From NCBI GenBank assembly GCA_035696485.1, contig DASRQT010000279.1, positions 1-44,209 of the forward strand: a stretch of DNA of 44,209 nt, given 5' to 3'. The notes under the pieces are model-generated. The model did not search any database. It was not told where the DNA came from and was given only the letters and a program-made list of their open reading frames with translations. Position numbers and translations under genes: made by a program. Shown here in pieces: positions 1 through 8,703 of the stretch. This DNA comes from Polyangia bacterium. Its GTDB lineage: Bacteria; Myxococcota_A; Polyangia; Fen-1088. Position 1 is the stretch's first letter, and each line of letters opens with the position of its first letter.

Positions 1-1
1 C

Positions 2-1063
2 GGCGGGTCCGGCGGCGACACGACCATGGGCACGGGCGGCGCCACGGATGCCGCGCCGCCTTCGGAGGGCGGGACCACGGTCCCTGATGCAAGCGGCGAG
101 GCTGGCGGTCCTTCCGATCTTGCCGGTCCTTCCAATCTTGCCGACCTTGCCGACCTTGCCGACGACGCGTCCGTCGTTGGATGGGCAGGCGTTCCCGGGA
201 TCGAAGATCTGTCCACGGTGAAACCGACGGCCGGCTGCGGTCAGGATCCCGGACAGGCGCTGGGGAGCTGGGTGCAGCACACCATCGTGACGCCGATGAC
301 CCGCCTCGGTTCGATCACGCGCACGTACTTCGTCAAGCTGCCGGCAAACTACGATCGCAACAAGCCGTATCGCTTGATCTACGAAGGGACCAGCTGCGGC
401 GGCGGTCCCACCGCCGTACCCGACTTCACCGCTCTGGCCGGCGCGGACGGGGTCATCGCGATCGCCATGCAGCGACGTGATGGCGTTCACACCGACGGAC
501 CGGGCGGTCCAAACTGCTTCGACGACTGGAACAGCATGTCCATCGAGTATCCTTTCTTCGAGACCATGCACCTGGCGGTCAGCAAGACGCTGTGCTTCGA
601 TGCCCATCGCGTCTTCATCGTCGGGCACAGCAGCGGAGCCTGGCTGTCGAATAACGTCGGCTGCTATTTCGGCAGCAAGTACATTCGCGCCATCTCTCCC
701 CACGAGGGCGGATTTTCCCAGCAGCCCAATTACCCGGTCTACGGTCCGCCACCGACCGGCATGCCCACGTGCAATGACCTGCCCACGCCGGGTTTGTGGC
801 AGCACAACCACGACGACCCCAACAATCCGATCAGCGCCAACATCCGCGCCATTACGCGCGCCCTGAAAGTCAATCGCTGCACGGACACGGATTTCGCCAC
901 CGCCAAGACCACGCTGTACGCGGCGCCCGGAACCAACGGCGTGTGCAAGCAGTACACGAGTTGCCCCAAGGAGTTCCCGATCGTGTTCTGCGATCCAGCC
1001 ACTGGTGGCCACACGGGCAACATGATGTTCGGCGCGGCCTGGCAATTCTTCAAGGCGTTCTGA
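2..1063 (+). CDS. Secreted alpha/beta-hydrolase, polyhydroxybutyrate-depolymerase / feruloyl-esterase-like (5' end outside window)
   Basis: ORF 26..1063 stays open back to nt 2 (GGSGGDTT...), so the N-terminus is cut by the window edge. A low-complexity Gly/Ser/Thr/Ala linker precedes a catalytic domain with nucleophile elbow GHSSGAW and a C-terminal GGHTG His. Paralogue of 7547..8650. Confidence 0.8.
   Translation, partial: GGSGGDTTMGTGGATDAAPPSEGGTTVPDASGEAGGPSDLAGPSNLADLADLADDASVVGWAGVPGIEDLSTVKPTAGCGQDPGQALGSWVQHTIVTPMTRLGSITRTYFVKLPANYDRNKPYRLIYEGTSCGGGPTAVPDFTALAGADGVIAIAMQRRDGVHTDGPGGPNCFDDWNSMSIEYPFFETMHLAVSKTLCFDAHRVFIVGHSSGAWLSNNVGCYFGSKYIRAISPHEGGFSQQPNYPVYGPPPTGMPTCNDLPTPGLWQHNHDDPNNPISANIRAITRALKVNRCTDTDFATAKTTLYAAPGTNGVCKQYTSCPKEFPIVFCDPATGGHTGNMMFGAAWQFFKAF
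137..163 (+). repeat. 9-nt tandem repeat cttgccgac x3 (encodes LADLADLAD) inside the esterase linker
   Basis: Three perfect consecutive copies read directly from the sequence. Confidence 0.7.
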
Positions 1064-1105
1064 CCGGACAACCGCGGGTGGCTCGCGGTAGGCTATCGGT
1101 CGCAC

Positions 1106-2209
1106 ATGCCCATCCTGTCTTCCTCCAACGATCTTGACGGCGCGGAGGCCGCTCTTGCGACGGCGGCCAACGGACCAGGAACCCCCAAGAAGCCCAGCTA
1201 TCCGATCAGCCCTGCGCTGCGCACGTACCTCTCGCGGTGCCAGCGCGAGCTTGACCTGCCGGTCAGCTACGAACAGCTGCGCAGCTTTCGCGAAGCGGTT
1301 CCGCTGGCGGACGCCGAAGGGCGCGACTCGCTGTGGGAGACCGTGATCTATCCCAGCGAGGAGTTCACGACGCTGCGTAACGGCCTCAAGTACATCTACG
1401 CGCTGCTCAAGGTCGACGGCGATCTGTCGGTGATGGAGCACCTCTACATCGATCGGGTGGACTTCTGCAGCTTCGGGAACTCGTTGCCGTTCCGGATCCG
1501 GATCGTCAACGGCATCAACCAGAATCCTGACTACTTCTACATCAAGCAGGCGGATGCCTCGCGTGTTTATGGCCTGGAGCTCGAGCACCTGCTGTCGCCC
1601 AATCGCCTGAACTACTTCACGCACGCGGCGACTTTGGTCGAGGAGCACATCGCCGGTCTGCCGGGAGACGTCTTCATCGACAGGTGGCTGGGAAACCGCG
1701 AGCTGAAACCGATCCGCATCGCCAAGGAGCTGGTGAAGTTCAACGAACGCTGTTTCATTCGCCTGCTGGGCGACATGCGCAGCTACAACTTCGTCGTCGT
1801 CCTCACCCCCGACTTCGAGGGCTGGCAAGTGCGGATCCGGGCGATGGATTTCGACCAGCAGTCGCACAGCGGCCGGCGCACGTTTTACCTGCCGCAGTTC
1901 TTCAAGGAGAACCTGGCGCTGGTGAAGTTCTGCACCCAGCAGCTGGACATCAAGACCGCCTATCAATACCAGCGCGAGGAGCGCACGTTGATGCTACAGC
2001 GCTATGAGCTGGCGCAGGTGCGGCTCGACCTGCTGCTGGATACCATGGAAGGCGACGTCATCGCTCCTGTCGAGAACTTGATTCCGCTGCGGCAAGATCT
2101 GGCCCGGCACTTCGAGGACGACCGGTTCCTCGCCTGCGAGTCGATGGGCGCGCTGGTGCGCCAGAATCTGCGCCATGTCCGCGACGAGGACCACCGCACG
2201 CGGCCCTGA
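1106..2209 (+). CDS. Hypothetical protein with protein-kinase-like (PKL) catalytic motifs
   Basis: 367-aa ORF with normal GC3-rich codon usage. Ordered motifs: YFYIKQAD (candidate ATP Lys), ELEHLL (candidate aC Glu), LVEEHIAG (hinge-like), LLGDMRSYNFVV (DxxxxN catalytic loop), AMDFDQ (DFG-like). Confidence 0.65.
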   Translation: MPILSSSNDLDGAEAALATAANGPGTPKKPSYPISPALRTYLSRCQRELDLPVSYEQLRSFREAVPLADAEGRDSLWETVIYPSEEFTTLRNGLKYIYALLKVDGDLSVMEHLYIDRVDFCSFGNSLPFRIRIVNGINQNPDYFYIKQADASRVYGLELEHLLSPNRLNYFTHAATLVEEHIAGLPGDVFIDRWLGNRELKPIRIAKELVKFNERCFIRLLGDMRSYNFVVVLTPDFEGWQVRIRAMDFDQQSHSGRRTFYLPQFFKENLALVKFCTQQLDIKTAYQYQREERTLMLQRYELAQVRLDLLLDTMEGDVIAPVENLIPLRQDLARHFEDDRFLACESMGALVRQNLRHVRDEDHRTRP

Positions 2210-2211
2210 CC

Positions 2212-3921
2212 TCAAGGCCCGCATTGCGCCCGCCGTCGCCGCGCCTCGGTGGCGTCGGTGCCGTCGGGATAGCGGCGCTGGTACTCGTCGGCGAGCCTGC
2301 GTACGGCCGCGCAGTCCGGCGGTGCCAGACGAATCAGCCAGCCCAGGGCCAGGGCGTCGCGGCTGGAGCCGGGGTAGCGGTCGCGGAAATCGTCCAGGCA
2401 GCGGCGTGCCGCGGTGGCGTCCCCGGCACGGGCCTGCACCTCGCAGCGCAGGAAACGCGCCGGCTCGCGCAGGGCCGGCTCGCGATCGCTGGCCAGCAGC
2501 TCGTCCAACCACCGCGCGGCGCGGTTGTGATCGCCGGCGCGAAGCGCCAGCTGCGCCAGCTCATAGCGGGCGACATCCTGCAGCGGACCGGCGGCGCCGG
2601 CCGTGATCACCTGTTCCAGTGCGCGCTGGGCATCGGACCAATCACGCCGGCGCATCGCCGCCTCGGCCTCACGATAGATCCGCTCCGCGCCGGCGACGGC
2701 CGGCGACGCCGGTGCGGCAACCGCGGGAGCCGCCAGCACGGGCCGAACCGGCACCGGAGGCGCCGCCGGCGGCGCGGGCATTGCGTGCGGTATTGGCAAC
2801 GGCGGTTCGGGCGGCGGGGCGACATCAGCCACTTCGTTTGCAAGATCCGCCAGGCGCGCGACGCGGCGGGTGTCCTCCGGCGCCGGGGCGGACGGAGCCG
2901 CCGCGAGCGGCGTGGGGCGCGCGGGGGCAGGCCGGATCGCCACGTCGTGATCCGTCAGAAACGCCGCGGTCTGCGACGACACGCGCGCAATGGCCGGCGT
3001 ACCACTGCTCCAGGCCTGTCCCGACGAAAGGATTCGCGGCGGACCCTCGTTCGGTTGCACCACCACGCGGCCGTGTGCAACGGAGACGCGGCTCTGCTGT
3101 CCCTGCACCTCCACCGCGAACAGCGTCCCAACCACCTCGGTCACAGCACCCGGCGAATGAATGCGCAGCCGTCCCGTGCGCTGGTGATCGAAATCCGCCA
3201 CCAGCGTTCCCGCGTCCAGCCTGACGTCCAGCACATCCTGCGCCGCCGACACCACCGCCACGTCAGCGCCGCCCCGCAGAGTCATCCGTGTCCGCTCCCC
3301 GACACGGGCCCGCACTATCGTGCCGGCCGCGGTCTGCAGCCGGGCGAATCGATGCGCCAGCAGCTGCCGAGGGGGGGGGCCGCCGCTCGCTCCCACGATC
3401 TTGTAGGGCTCGATCAACGCGGGCGCGGGTGCCGGTGGCGCCGGTGGCGCCGGCGACTGCCGTGACACGGGCGCCGCAATCGGTGGTGGGGGATTCGGAA
3501 TCAGGGGTGCCTGCGGGACTCCGCGCACAGCCAGGACCCAGGCCACGGCGCCGGCCGCCAGCACGCTGCCGACGGCAGGCCCACGCCATCCGCGCAACCA
3601 CGCCAACATCATCTGAAGGGGCCGCGTGTCGTGTCCAGGATGATGCCTGGCCGCCGCCACCCGCGCCGCGGTCTCGTCGAACTCGGGAGCCAGCCGGGCC
3701 AGAAGTCGCGCGCGTCGAACGTCGTCAAGCGGCGTCGCGCCGAGACGAACGTCCGCCGCCGTTTGCTCCAGCTGCGCCTGCACCTGCTGACAGGCCGCGC
3801 ATCGGCGGAGGTGCCCCTCCACGCGCAGGCGTGTGGTCGTGTCCGCCGTGGCCACGCCCATCAGCATGAGCTCCTCAACCTCGGCGCACGCCGCGCCGGA
3901 TGCGCGCCGGTCGCCGGTCAT
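2212..3921 (-). CDS. Anti-sigma factor: zf-HC2 (ZAS) N-terminus, one TM, Pro-rich spacers, FecR-like domain, C-terminal TPR-like repeats
   Basis: H-x3-C-x2-C motif (HLRRCAAC). TM segment GPAVGSVLAAGAVAWVLAV. FecR-like LRIHSPGAVTEVVGTLFAVEV. C-terminal helical repeats. The ATG at 3921 overlaps the sigma-factor stop (ATGA at 3918-3921); the longest ORF would start at 3939. Confidence 0.8.
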   Translation of the reverse strand: MTGDRRASGAACAEVEELMLMGVATADTTTRLRVEGHLRRCAACQQVQAQLEQTAADVRLGATPLDDVRRARLLARLAPEFDETAARVAAARHHPGHDTRPLQMMLAWLRGWRGPAVGSVLAAGAVAWVLAVRGVPQAPLIPNPPPPIAAPVSRQSPAPPAPPAPAPALIEPYKIVGASGGPPPRQLLAHRFARLQTAAGTIVRARVGERTRMTLRGGADVAVVSAAQDVLDVRLDAGTLVADFDHQRTGRLRIHSPGAVTEVVGTLFAVEVQGQQSRVSVAHGRVVVQPNEGPPRILSSGQAWSSGTPAIARVSSQTAAFLTDHDVAIRPAPARPTPLAAAPSAPAPEDTRRVARLADLANEVADVAPPPEPPLPIPHAMPAPPAAPPVPVRPVLAAPAVAAPASPAVAGAERIYREAEAAMRRRDWSDAQRALEQVITAGAAGPLQDVARYELAQLALRAGDHNRAARWLDELLASDREPALREPARFLRCEVQARAGDATAARRCLDDFRDRYPGSSRDALALGWLIRLAPPDCAAVRRLADEYQRRYPDGTDATEARRRRAQCGP

Positions 3922-4580
3922 CGTCCCTCCCGTCGCCACGTGCGCACGCGCGTTGCCAGCACCTGCAGCTCGCGATGCGCGTGTCGCACGCGCTGGGCGA
4001 CGGCGGCCGGCGTCGCGTTGGTCAGCTCGCCGATCTCCTCCAGTGACAGGCCGTCCACGGTCCGCAGCAGGAACGCGATGCGCTTCTTCGGCTTGATGCG
4101 ATCAAGCATCGCGAACGCGGCGGCCAGCCGTTGTCGCTCGGCCGCGCGCACCTCGGGCGAGGCGTGGGCGTCGACAAGGTCGTTCAGATCCTCGGCGCCG
4201 AGGGGGTAGGGGTGTCGCCGCCGCCGCTTGAGGTGATCGCTGGCGGTGTTGAGTACGATCCGGTAGAGGAATGTGCGAAAGCTGGCGTCGCCCCGGAAGC
4301 GCGGCAGCGCGCGAAACAGCTCCATGAAGATCTGTTGCAGTAGATCCTCGCGTTCTGGATCGGGGCCGATCAACCGGCCCAGCCGACCCCAGACCAGATC
4401 CACGTAGCGCCGGTACAGATCATCGAAGGCCTGGCGATCGCCGCCGGCGACGCGCGCCACCAGCGATTCATCGCTGCCCATCGCCAGCAGCGGACCGGGT
4501 GCAAGCCTGCCCAGGCGCGACATGGCCCAGCGGGAAAAGACCTCCGCCGGCGGCACGAGCAGCGCGCCGAAGGCGGTCAC
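3918..4580 (-). CDS. ECF (sigma-70 family, group 4) RNA polymerase sigma factor
   Basis: Region 2 (FDDLYRRYVDLVWGRL, EDLLQQIFMELFRALPRF, RTFLYRIVLNTASDHLKRRRR) and region 4 (KKRIAFLLRTVDGLSLEEIGELT). The GTG at 4580 overlaps the upstream stop (GTGA). An internal ATG at 4481 (MGSDESLVARV...) is an equally plausible start. Confidence 0.9.
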   Translation of the reverse strand: MTAFGALLVPPAEVFSRWAMSRLGRLAPGPLLAMGSDESLVARVAGGDRQAFDDLYRRYVDLVWGRLGRLIGPDPEREDLLQQIFMELFRALPRFRGDASFRTFLYRIVLNTASDHLKRRRRHPYPLGAEDLNDLVDAHASPEVRAAERQRLAAAFAMLDRIKPKKRIAFLLRTVDGLSLEEIGELTNATPAAVAQRVRHAHRELQVLATRVRTWRREGR

Positions 4581-5506
4581 GACGCGCCTCCCTGCCAGCG
4601 CGCCCCCACACCCAACCAGAAGATGAATGGCCCCGCGGTCATCACGGGGTCGCCGGCCGCCCGAAACACCACCTTCTCGCGGTAGACGTCACAGGCAGCA
4701 AGCGCGGTCCAGCGCACGCCGCCTGCCAGCGCGCCCGATATCCCCACGGTGGCAAAGCCGCCGAGCAGTGTCCCCCAACCACCGTCGAGGCCTGTGGTGC
4801 CATACATCCGCGCGGCAGCGCCGGCGCCCAGCTCCAGCTGGTGCCAGCGCACCCGCGGCCCCAGGCGCGCCGGAAACGTCGACAGCGCCAGCTCGTGATC
4901 GCGCCACGGCGCTGTCGCCCGCGCAAAGCCCAGCGACAGGCCGAGGCCCCAAGTGGTCGCCGGCGCTGTCGTGTCCCCCCGGTGCCGCAGCCCAAGCACC
5001 AGATCCGCGGTGGGTTCAAGGCTGGCCGCGCGGCCGTTGAGACCGACGCTGAGGCCCGGCACCAACGCGACGCCGAACAGCGCTGCTGACCCCGCACCCG
5101 GAGCAGCCAGCGCCGCCTTGGCCTTGGTAACGACCGCCGCCGACGGTGGCGGCCGCGTGACATCCACGATCGCCAGCGCCACCAGACGCGCCGCTTCGGT
5201 GGGTTGCCGGCCACCCACCGCAACCTCCAGACGCCCCGCGGCGGTTTCCACCACGACGGCGCCCAGCGTCCCCGCCGGCTGCACCCGAACCGGCGCCGCG
5301 ACGGCATCAGCCGCGCGGACCACCGGCAGGCGCGCCTCCACCGCGGTCACCAGCTGCTCCGACGAGAACGGCAGATCGCCCGGCTGTTGCAGCGTCAGGC
5401 GCACCGGCAACTCGCCACCGGATGCGACACCCCCGCACAGCGTGGTGACCACGGCGACCAGACGCAGTGTCGATTGGCGGCCGGGCTGTCGGGCGGTGGT
5501 ATTCAC
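4577..5506 (-). CDS. Hypothetical exported / membrane-associated protein, first gene of the ECF operon
   Basis: 309-aa ORF with GTG start and an N-terminal hydrophobic signal (LRLVAVVTTLCGG). The Gly/Ala/Leu-rich C-terminal half shows alternating patterns suggestive of a beta-barrel or membrane domain. Its stop overlaps the sigma-factor start. Confidence 0.6.
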   Translation of the reverse strand: MNTTARQPGRQSTLRLVAVVTTLCGGVASGGELPVRLTLQQPGDLPFSSEQLVTAVEARLPVVRAADAVAAPVRVQPAGTLGAVVVETAAGRLEVAVGGRQPTEAARLVALAIVDVTRPPPSAAVVTKAKAALAAPGAGSAALFGVALVPGLSVGLNGRAASLEPTADLVLGLRHRGDTTAPATTWGLGLSLGFARATAPWRDHELALSTFPARLGPRVRWHQLELGAGAAARMYGTTGLDGGWGTLLGGFATVGISGALAGGVRWTALAACDVYREKVVFRAAGDPVMTAGPFIFWLGVGARWQGGAS

Positions 5507-5713
5507 GCTCCCCCTTTAGTCTGCGAGGCCGCCCAGAACTTGAAAGTCTTTTGTCGGCCGGCGAGGAATTCGTGTTGCAGCGCGCCGCCGGAAAAATGAG
5601 TCAAACGCCTCATATCACGCCCGCATCTGGTCCCGTACGCTCGCTCCACAACTGAACGAAGGAGCGAGAAAAATGCCGAAAGTATCGAAAATGAGCGCGA
5701 CCAAGGGTGGCGA

Positions 5714-5947
5714 TCATGGACCTGTTGTCGCGTCAGAATGACACCCGACGTTGATCAGCAGGGCGGTGTAATAAACGGTCGCGCGCTGCTGCTCGTCGAG
5801 ACCGAGGCGTTCGGCCACCCGCAAACCGATCAGGCACTGCCGCAGCACGTGCTCCATCGGCTGTCCGAAACCAAGATCGATGCCCAGCGAGAGTGCGGCT
5901 ACCAGCTCCGCCAGTCGAACCGGCGCGTGATCGAGGTTGACGGACAC
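5714..5947 (-). pseudogene. N-terminal remnant (77 codons) of an HD-domain (HD-GYP-like) phosphohydrolase
   Basis: VRLAELVAALSLGIDLGFGQPMEHVLRQCLIGLRVAERLGLDEQQRATVYYTALLINVGCHSDA matches the N-terminal helices of HD-domain phosphohydrolases. It then hits a stop, and neither other frame continues the domain. It abuts a lower-GC patch. Confidence 0.45.
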
Positions 5948-6043
5948 CCGGCCATCCTAGTTGAAGGCGGCGTCTTGCCAATCGATGTTTGGCGGTACCG
6001 CCGCCCACTTGACAGGGCATTGACGGCGGCCGACGCTGACCGC

Positions 6044-6529
6044 ATGTCGACAGGAATGAAACAGGGTCAAGCATCCGTCACGGTTCCTGTGCTTCTGGCT
6101 GCTTTCGTTTCGCTGCTGGCGATCGCGTCGCCGGCTGCTGCGGCGGACTCGCCGATCGGGACCTGGGTGAAGAAGGCCGAGGGGGGCAAGTCCGAGATGA
6201 CCATGACGATCGAGACCTGGGGCAGCAACAAGGCCAAGCTGACCTATCACCTGAAGCAACAGAACATCGTGCTGACCATCGTGGCCACGCTGGATGGAAC
6301 CGACGCGCCGGTGCTGATAAACGGCAAGCCTTCGGGCGAGACCATGGCCATCACGCTGGTCGACAAACGGCACTCGTCAACCGTCATCAAGATGAATGGA
6401 AAGCTATTCGGAACCTCGAGAGGGTCGTTCTCCGAAGACTTCCAGACCCTGACGGTTGAGAACGACTTCACCCAGACGGTCGGCGGGAACACGGCGGGCA
6501 GGTCGAGCGAGGTCTGGACCCGCAAGTAG
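6044..6529 (+). CDS. Small secreted protein, lipocalin-like beta-barrel candidate (hypothetical)
   Basis: An internal start of ORF 5738..6529 gives the signal peptide MSTGMKQGQASVTVPVLLAAFVSLLAIASPAAAA. The mature part begins DSPIGTW and shows alternating beta-strand-like patterns. The upstream 100 codons of the ORF are antisense to the HD remnant and look non-coding. ATG 6056 is an alternative start. Confidence 0.7.
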   Translation: MSTGMKQGQASVTVPVLLAAFVSLLAIASPAAAADSPIGTWVKKAEGGKSEMTMTIETWGSNKAKLTYHLKQQNIVLTIVATLDGTDAPVLINGKPSGETMAITLVDKRHSSTVIKMNGKLFGTSRGSFSEDFQTLTVENDFTQTVGGNTAGRSSEVWTRK

Positions 6530-6553
6530 CCGCCGCCGTCGCTCCGTCGCCGA

Positions 6554-7303
6554 TCAGCGGGACTCGTACACGGCAACGGCGGGAAGCTCGACGGCGGTGA
6601 GAAATCCTCCCGTCCCGCTCCCGGTGTCGGTGCCGATCACGTTCTCCCCTATGAACGCGTCGCAGGGATCGAGGGGGGTATAGGAGGAAATCTCCTGCGG
6701 CAGGAACTCTGTGGGGGTGTGACCGAAGACGACGCGTTTGCCGCGGTAGTTGCGGAAGAAATCTTCGGTGCGAATCCAGAGCAGCACCAGGCGGTTACCG
6801 ACCTCGGACGGGTGCAGGAAGCGATCGCCGTCGCGCGGCAGGCCGGCATGCACATAGATTGCGTGCGCGTCCTCGTACCAATCTGGCAGCCCGTCCAGCC
6901 AGCGCACCACCGCGTCGGGGAAAAATGATCCGGTCGTCAGCGCCATCATGTCTTCCTTCCTCGGCTGCTCCGAGCTGGTCGGCGCCGCACCACCCGTGAA
7001 GCTGCGAACGGTGGCCAGGCACCCGTTGCCCGGCGCCAGCACAAACTCGTCCCAGCCCTCCTTGCACACCCGCACCCAGGAATCTTCATGGTTGCCGCGC
7101 AGGCAGACCACCTTCGCAGGTGTCCGACCGGGGAACGACATCAGTTGTTCAACGATGTCCTTCGACCGGGGGCCACGATCCAGGTAATCGCCCAGAAAGA
7201 CCAGGGTGTCGTCCGCGTCCAGCGCCGGCAGCCGTCCCAGCACCCGGGACAGGTGCTCGGCCTCGCCGTGAATGTCGCCAATCGCAAACGTGCGCCCTGC
7301 CAT
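6554..7303 (-). CDS. Metallophosphoesterase, PPP-family Ser/Thr phosphatase / ApaH-like
   Basis: Canonical PPP motifs GDIHG, GDYLDRGP, GNHE and a later VFGHTP. Confidence 0.9.
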   Translation of the reverse strand: MAGRTFAIGDIHGEAEHLSRVLGRLPALDADDTLVFLGDYLDRGPRSKDIVEQLMSFPGRTPAKVVCLRGNHEDSWVRVCKEGWDEFVLAPGNGCLATVRSFTGGAAPTSSEQPRKEDMMALTTGSFFPDAVVRWLDGLPDWYEDAHAIYVHAGLPRDGDRFLHPSEVGNRLVLLWIRTEDFFRNYRGKRVVFGHTPTEFLPQEISSYTPLDPCDAFIGENVIGTDTGSGTGGFLTAVELPAVAVYESR

Positions 7304-7546
7304 GTTCCGGGGACCATACGTCCGAAAGCACCCTCAGGCGCGAAAGATCAGGGTAGCGGGCTGACGCCCTCGGGCCCGATGATCCCCGTCATCGAGGGGC
7401 GGCCCGTCTGATACGGCGCGTTGGACCAAGCGGCCTAAGTCCGTGACATCCCTGCGTTGATGCGAGAAACAGTGCCTGATAGCGGTGCTGCACGCGTCTG
7501 TTTTAGAAACCAGCTTCCGTCTCTCCATCCCCAAGCAGGAAGTGCC

Positions 7547-8650
7547 ATGCGAACAGCCCGTGTTTTTTTTCAGCTCCTGGCGATCATGGCGGCCGCGTCT
7601 CTGGGCGCGTGTACACCGAGTGACCCGGTTCCAGCCGCAGGGACCGGCGGCAAGGGAACCGGCGGCGCAGCGTCAGGAACGGGGGGATCGGTAGGTTCCG
7701 GAGGATCCGGTCCCGACACCGGAACCGGCGGCAGCGTCGGCTCGGGCGGCAGCGTGGGCAGCGGGGGTTCCGTCGGGAGCGGCGGTTCGGGCGGGGGCAC
7801 CGATAGCGGCACGCCCGCCGACGGTAGCGTGGCCGATGTCCCGGTTGGAGATGGCGGCGTCGTGCCTGCGCAGCCCAGCCCCGGCTGTGGCATGCCGGCC
7901 AGCCAGGCCCTGGCCATGTACATTCGCAAGACCATCATGGTGGGCACGCGGTCCCGCGTTTACGACCTCTACCTTCCCACCGGCTACGACCCCATGCGCC
8001 CCTATCGCCTGTTGTTCATGGCGCATGGCTGCGACGGCAGCATCCCGTTCCACATCGAGACCATCACCAAGGGCGATGCCGTCATCGTCGCGCCGCGCGC
8101 GGCCAGCTCGACGGGATTCGGGGGCGGCTGCTTCGATACCGGTCCCGGGTCGGCCAGCCTGAGCGAAAACGGCTATTTCGACGAGATGCTCAAGGACGTG
8201 TCGACGAAGACCTGCGTGGACATGAAGCGCGTGTTCATCGCCGGCCACAGCAGCGGTTCGTGGCTGTCGAACCTGCTCGGCTGCACCCGCGCCGGCGTGC
8301 TGCGCGGCCAGGGCAACACCGCCGGCGGGCTGCCCGTGGTTCCCACCTGCGCCGGTCCCATCGCGGCCATGCTGGAGCACGACATGATGGACCCTCAGAA
8401 TGCCTATATGGAAGGCATCAAGGCCCGCGATCGCATCCTCGCCATCAACAAGTGCGGCACCACCACCGTCCCCTACGATTACGACGGTGATCCGGCGACG
8501 CCATCGCCCTGTGTGATGTACCAGGGCTGCCTGCCCGGTTACCCGGTGGTGTGGTGCCCGACCACCGGCAAGGGCCACTCGGACCAGGTCGGCCCGCCGT
8601 TCCCGCAGATGAGCAAGCTGGGCTTCTGGAAGTTCTGGTCGCAGTTCTAG
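7547..8650 (+). CDS. Lipoprotein alpha/beta-hydrolase, PHB-depolymerase / feruloyl-esterase-like (paralogue of 2..1063)
   Basis: The ATG at 7547 is preceded by AGGAAG. Lipobox LGAC, long Gly/Ser/Thr linker, GHSSGSW nucleophile elbow, C-terminal KGHSD. The longest ORF (from 7457) adds a non-signal-like extension. Confidence 0.85.
   Translation: MRTARVFFQLLAIMAAASLGACTPSDPVPAAGTGGKGTGGAASGTGGSVGSGGSGPDTGTGGSVGSGGSVGSGGSVGSGGSGGGTDSGTPADGSVADVPVGDGGVVPAQPSPGCGMPASQALAMYIRKTIMVGTRSRVYDLYLPTGYDPMRPYRLLFMAHGCDGSIPFHIETITKGDAVIVAPRAASSTGFGGGCFDTGPGSASLSENGYFDEMLKDVSTKTCVDMKRVFIAGHSSGSWLSNLLGCTRAGVLRGQGNTAGGLPVVPTCAGPIAAMLEHDMMDPQNAYMEGIKARDRILAINKCGTTTVPYDYDGDPATPSPCVMYQGCLPGYPVVWCPTTGKGHSDQVGPPFPQMSKLGFWKFWSQF
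7727..7798 (+). repeat. 18-nt period degenerate tandem repeat encoding (GGSVGS)n linker
   Basis: GGCGGCAGCGTCGGCTCG / GGCGGCAGCGTGGGCAGC / GGGGGTTCCGTCGGGAGC / GGCGGTTCGGGCGGGGGC read in register. Confidence 0.65.
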
Positions 8651-8703
8651 CCGGTTCGGTGCGCTGAAAGGGCCCGGCTGACGGCCCGCCCCTGCCGCTC
8701 GGC

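Noticed and set aside
2224-3465. 413-aa plus-strand ORF opposite the anti-sigma factor gene
   Set aside because: Extremely Arg/Gly-rich translation (RRRRRRRGH, GRRGARGGRPDR) with no motifs. The opposite strand carries the ZAS/FecR/TPR protein.
5521-5660. Possible ECF-type promoter (GGGACC ... CGTT) on the minus strand upstream of the ECF operon
   Set aside because: The spacing between the candidate -35 and -10 elements is about 21 nt by my count, which is too long for an ECF promoter. I could not find a convincing alternative.
5738-6043. First ~100 codons of ORF 5738..6529
   Set aside because: This part is antisense to the HD-domain remnant and has no signal or domain character. A signal peptide begins at the internal ATG at 6044, so the longer form is probably not translated.
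7680-7800. Regularly spaced short repeats that could superficially suggest a CRISPR-like or minisatellite array
   Set aside because: They are in frame within the esterase gene, encode a (GGSVGS)n linker, have no spacers and are degenerate. This is low-complexity coding sequence, not a CRISPR array.
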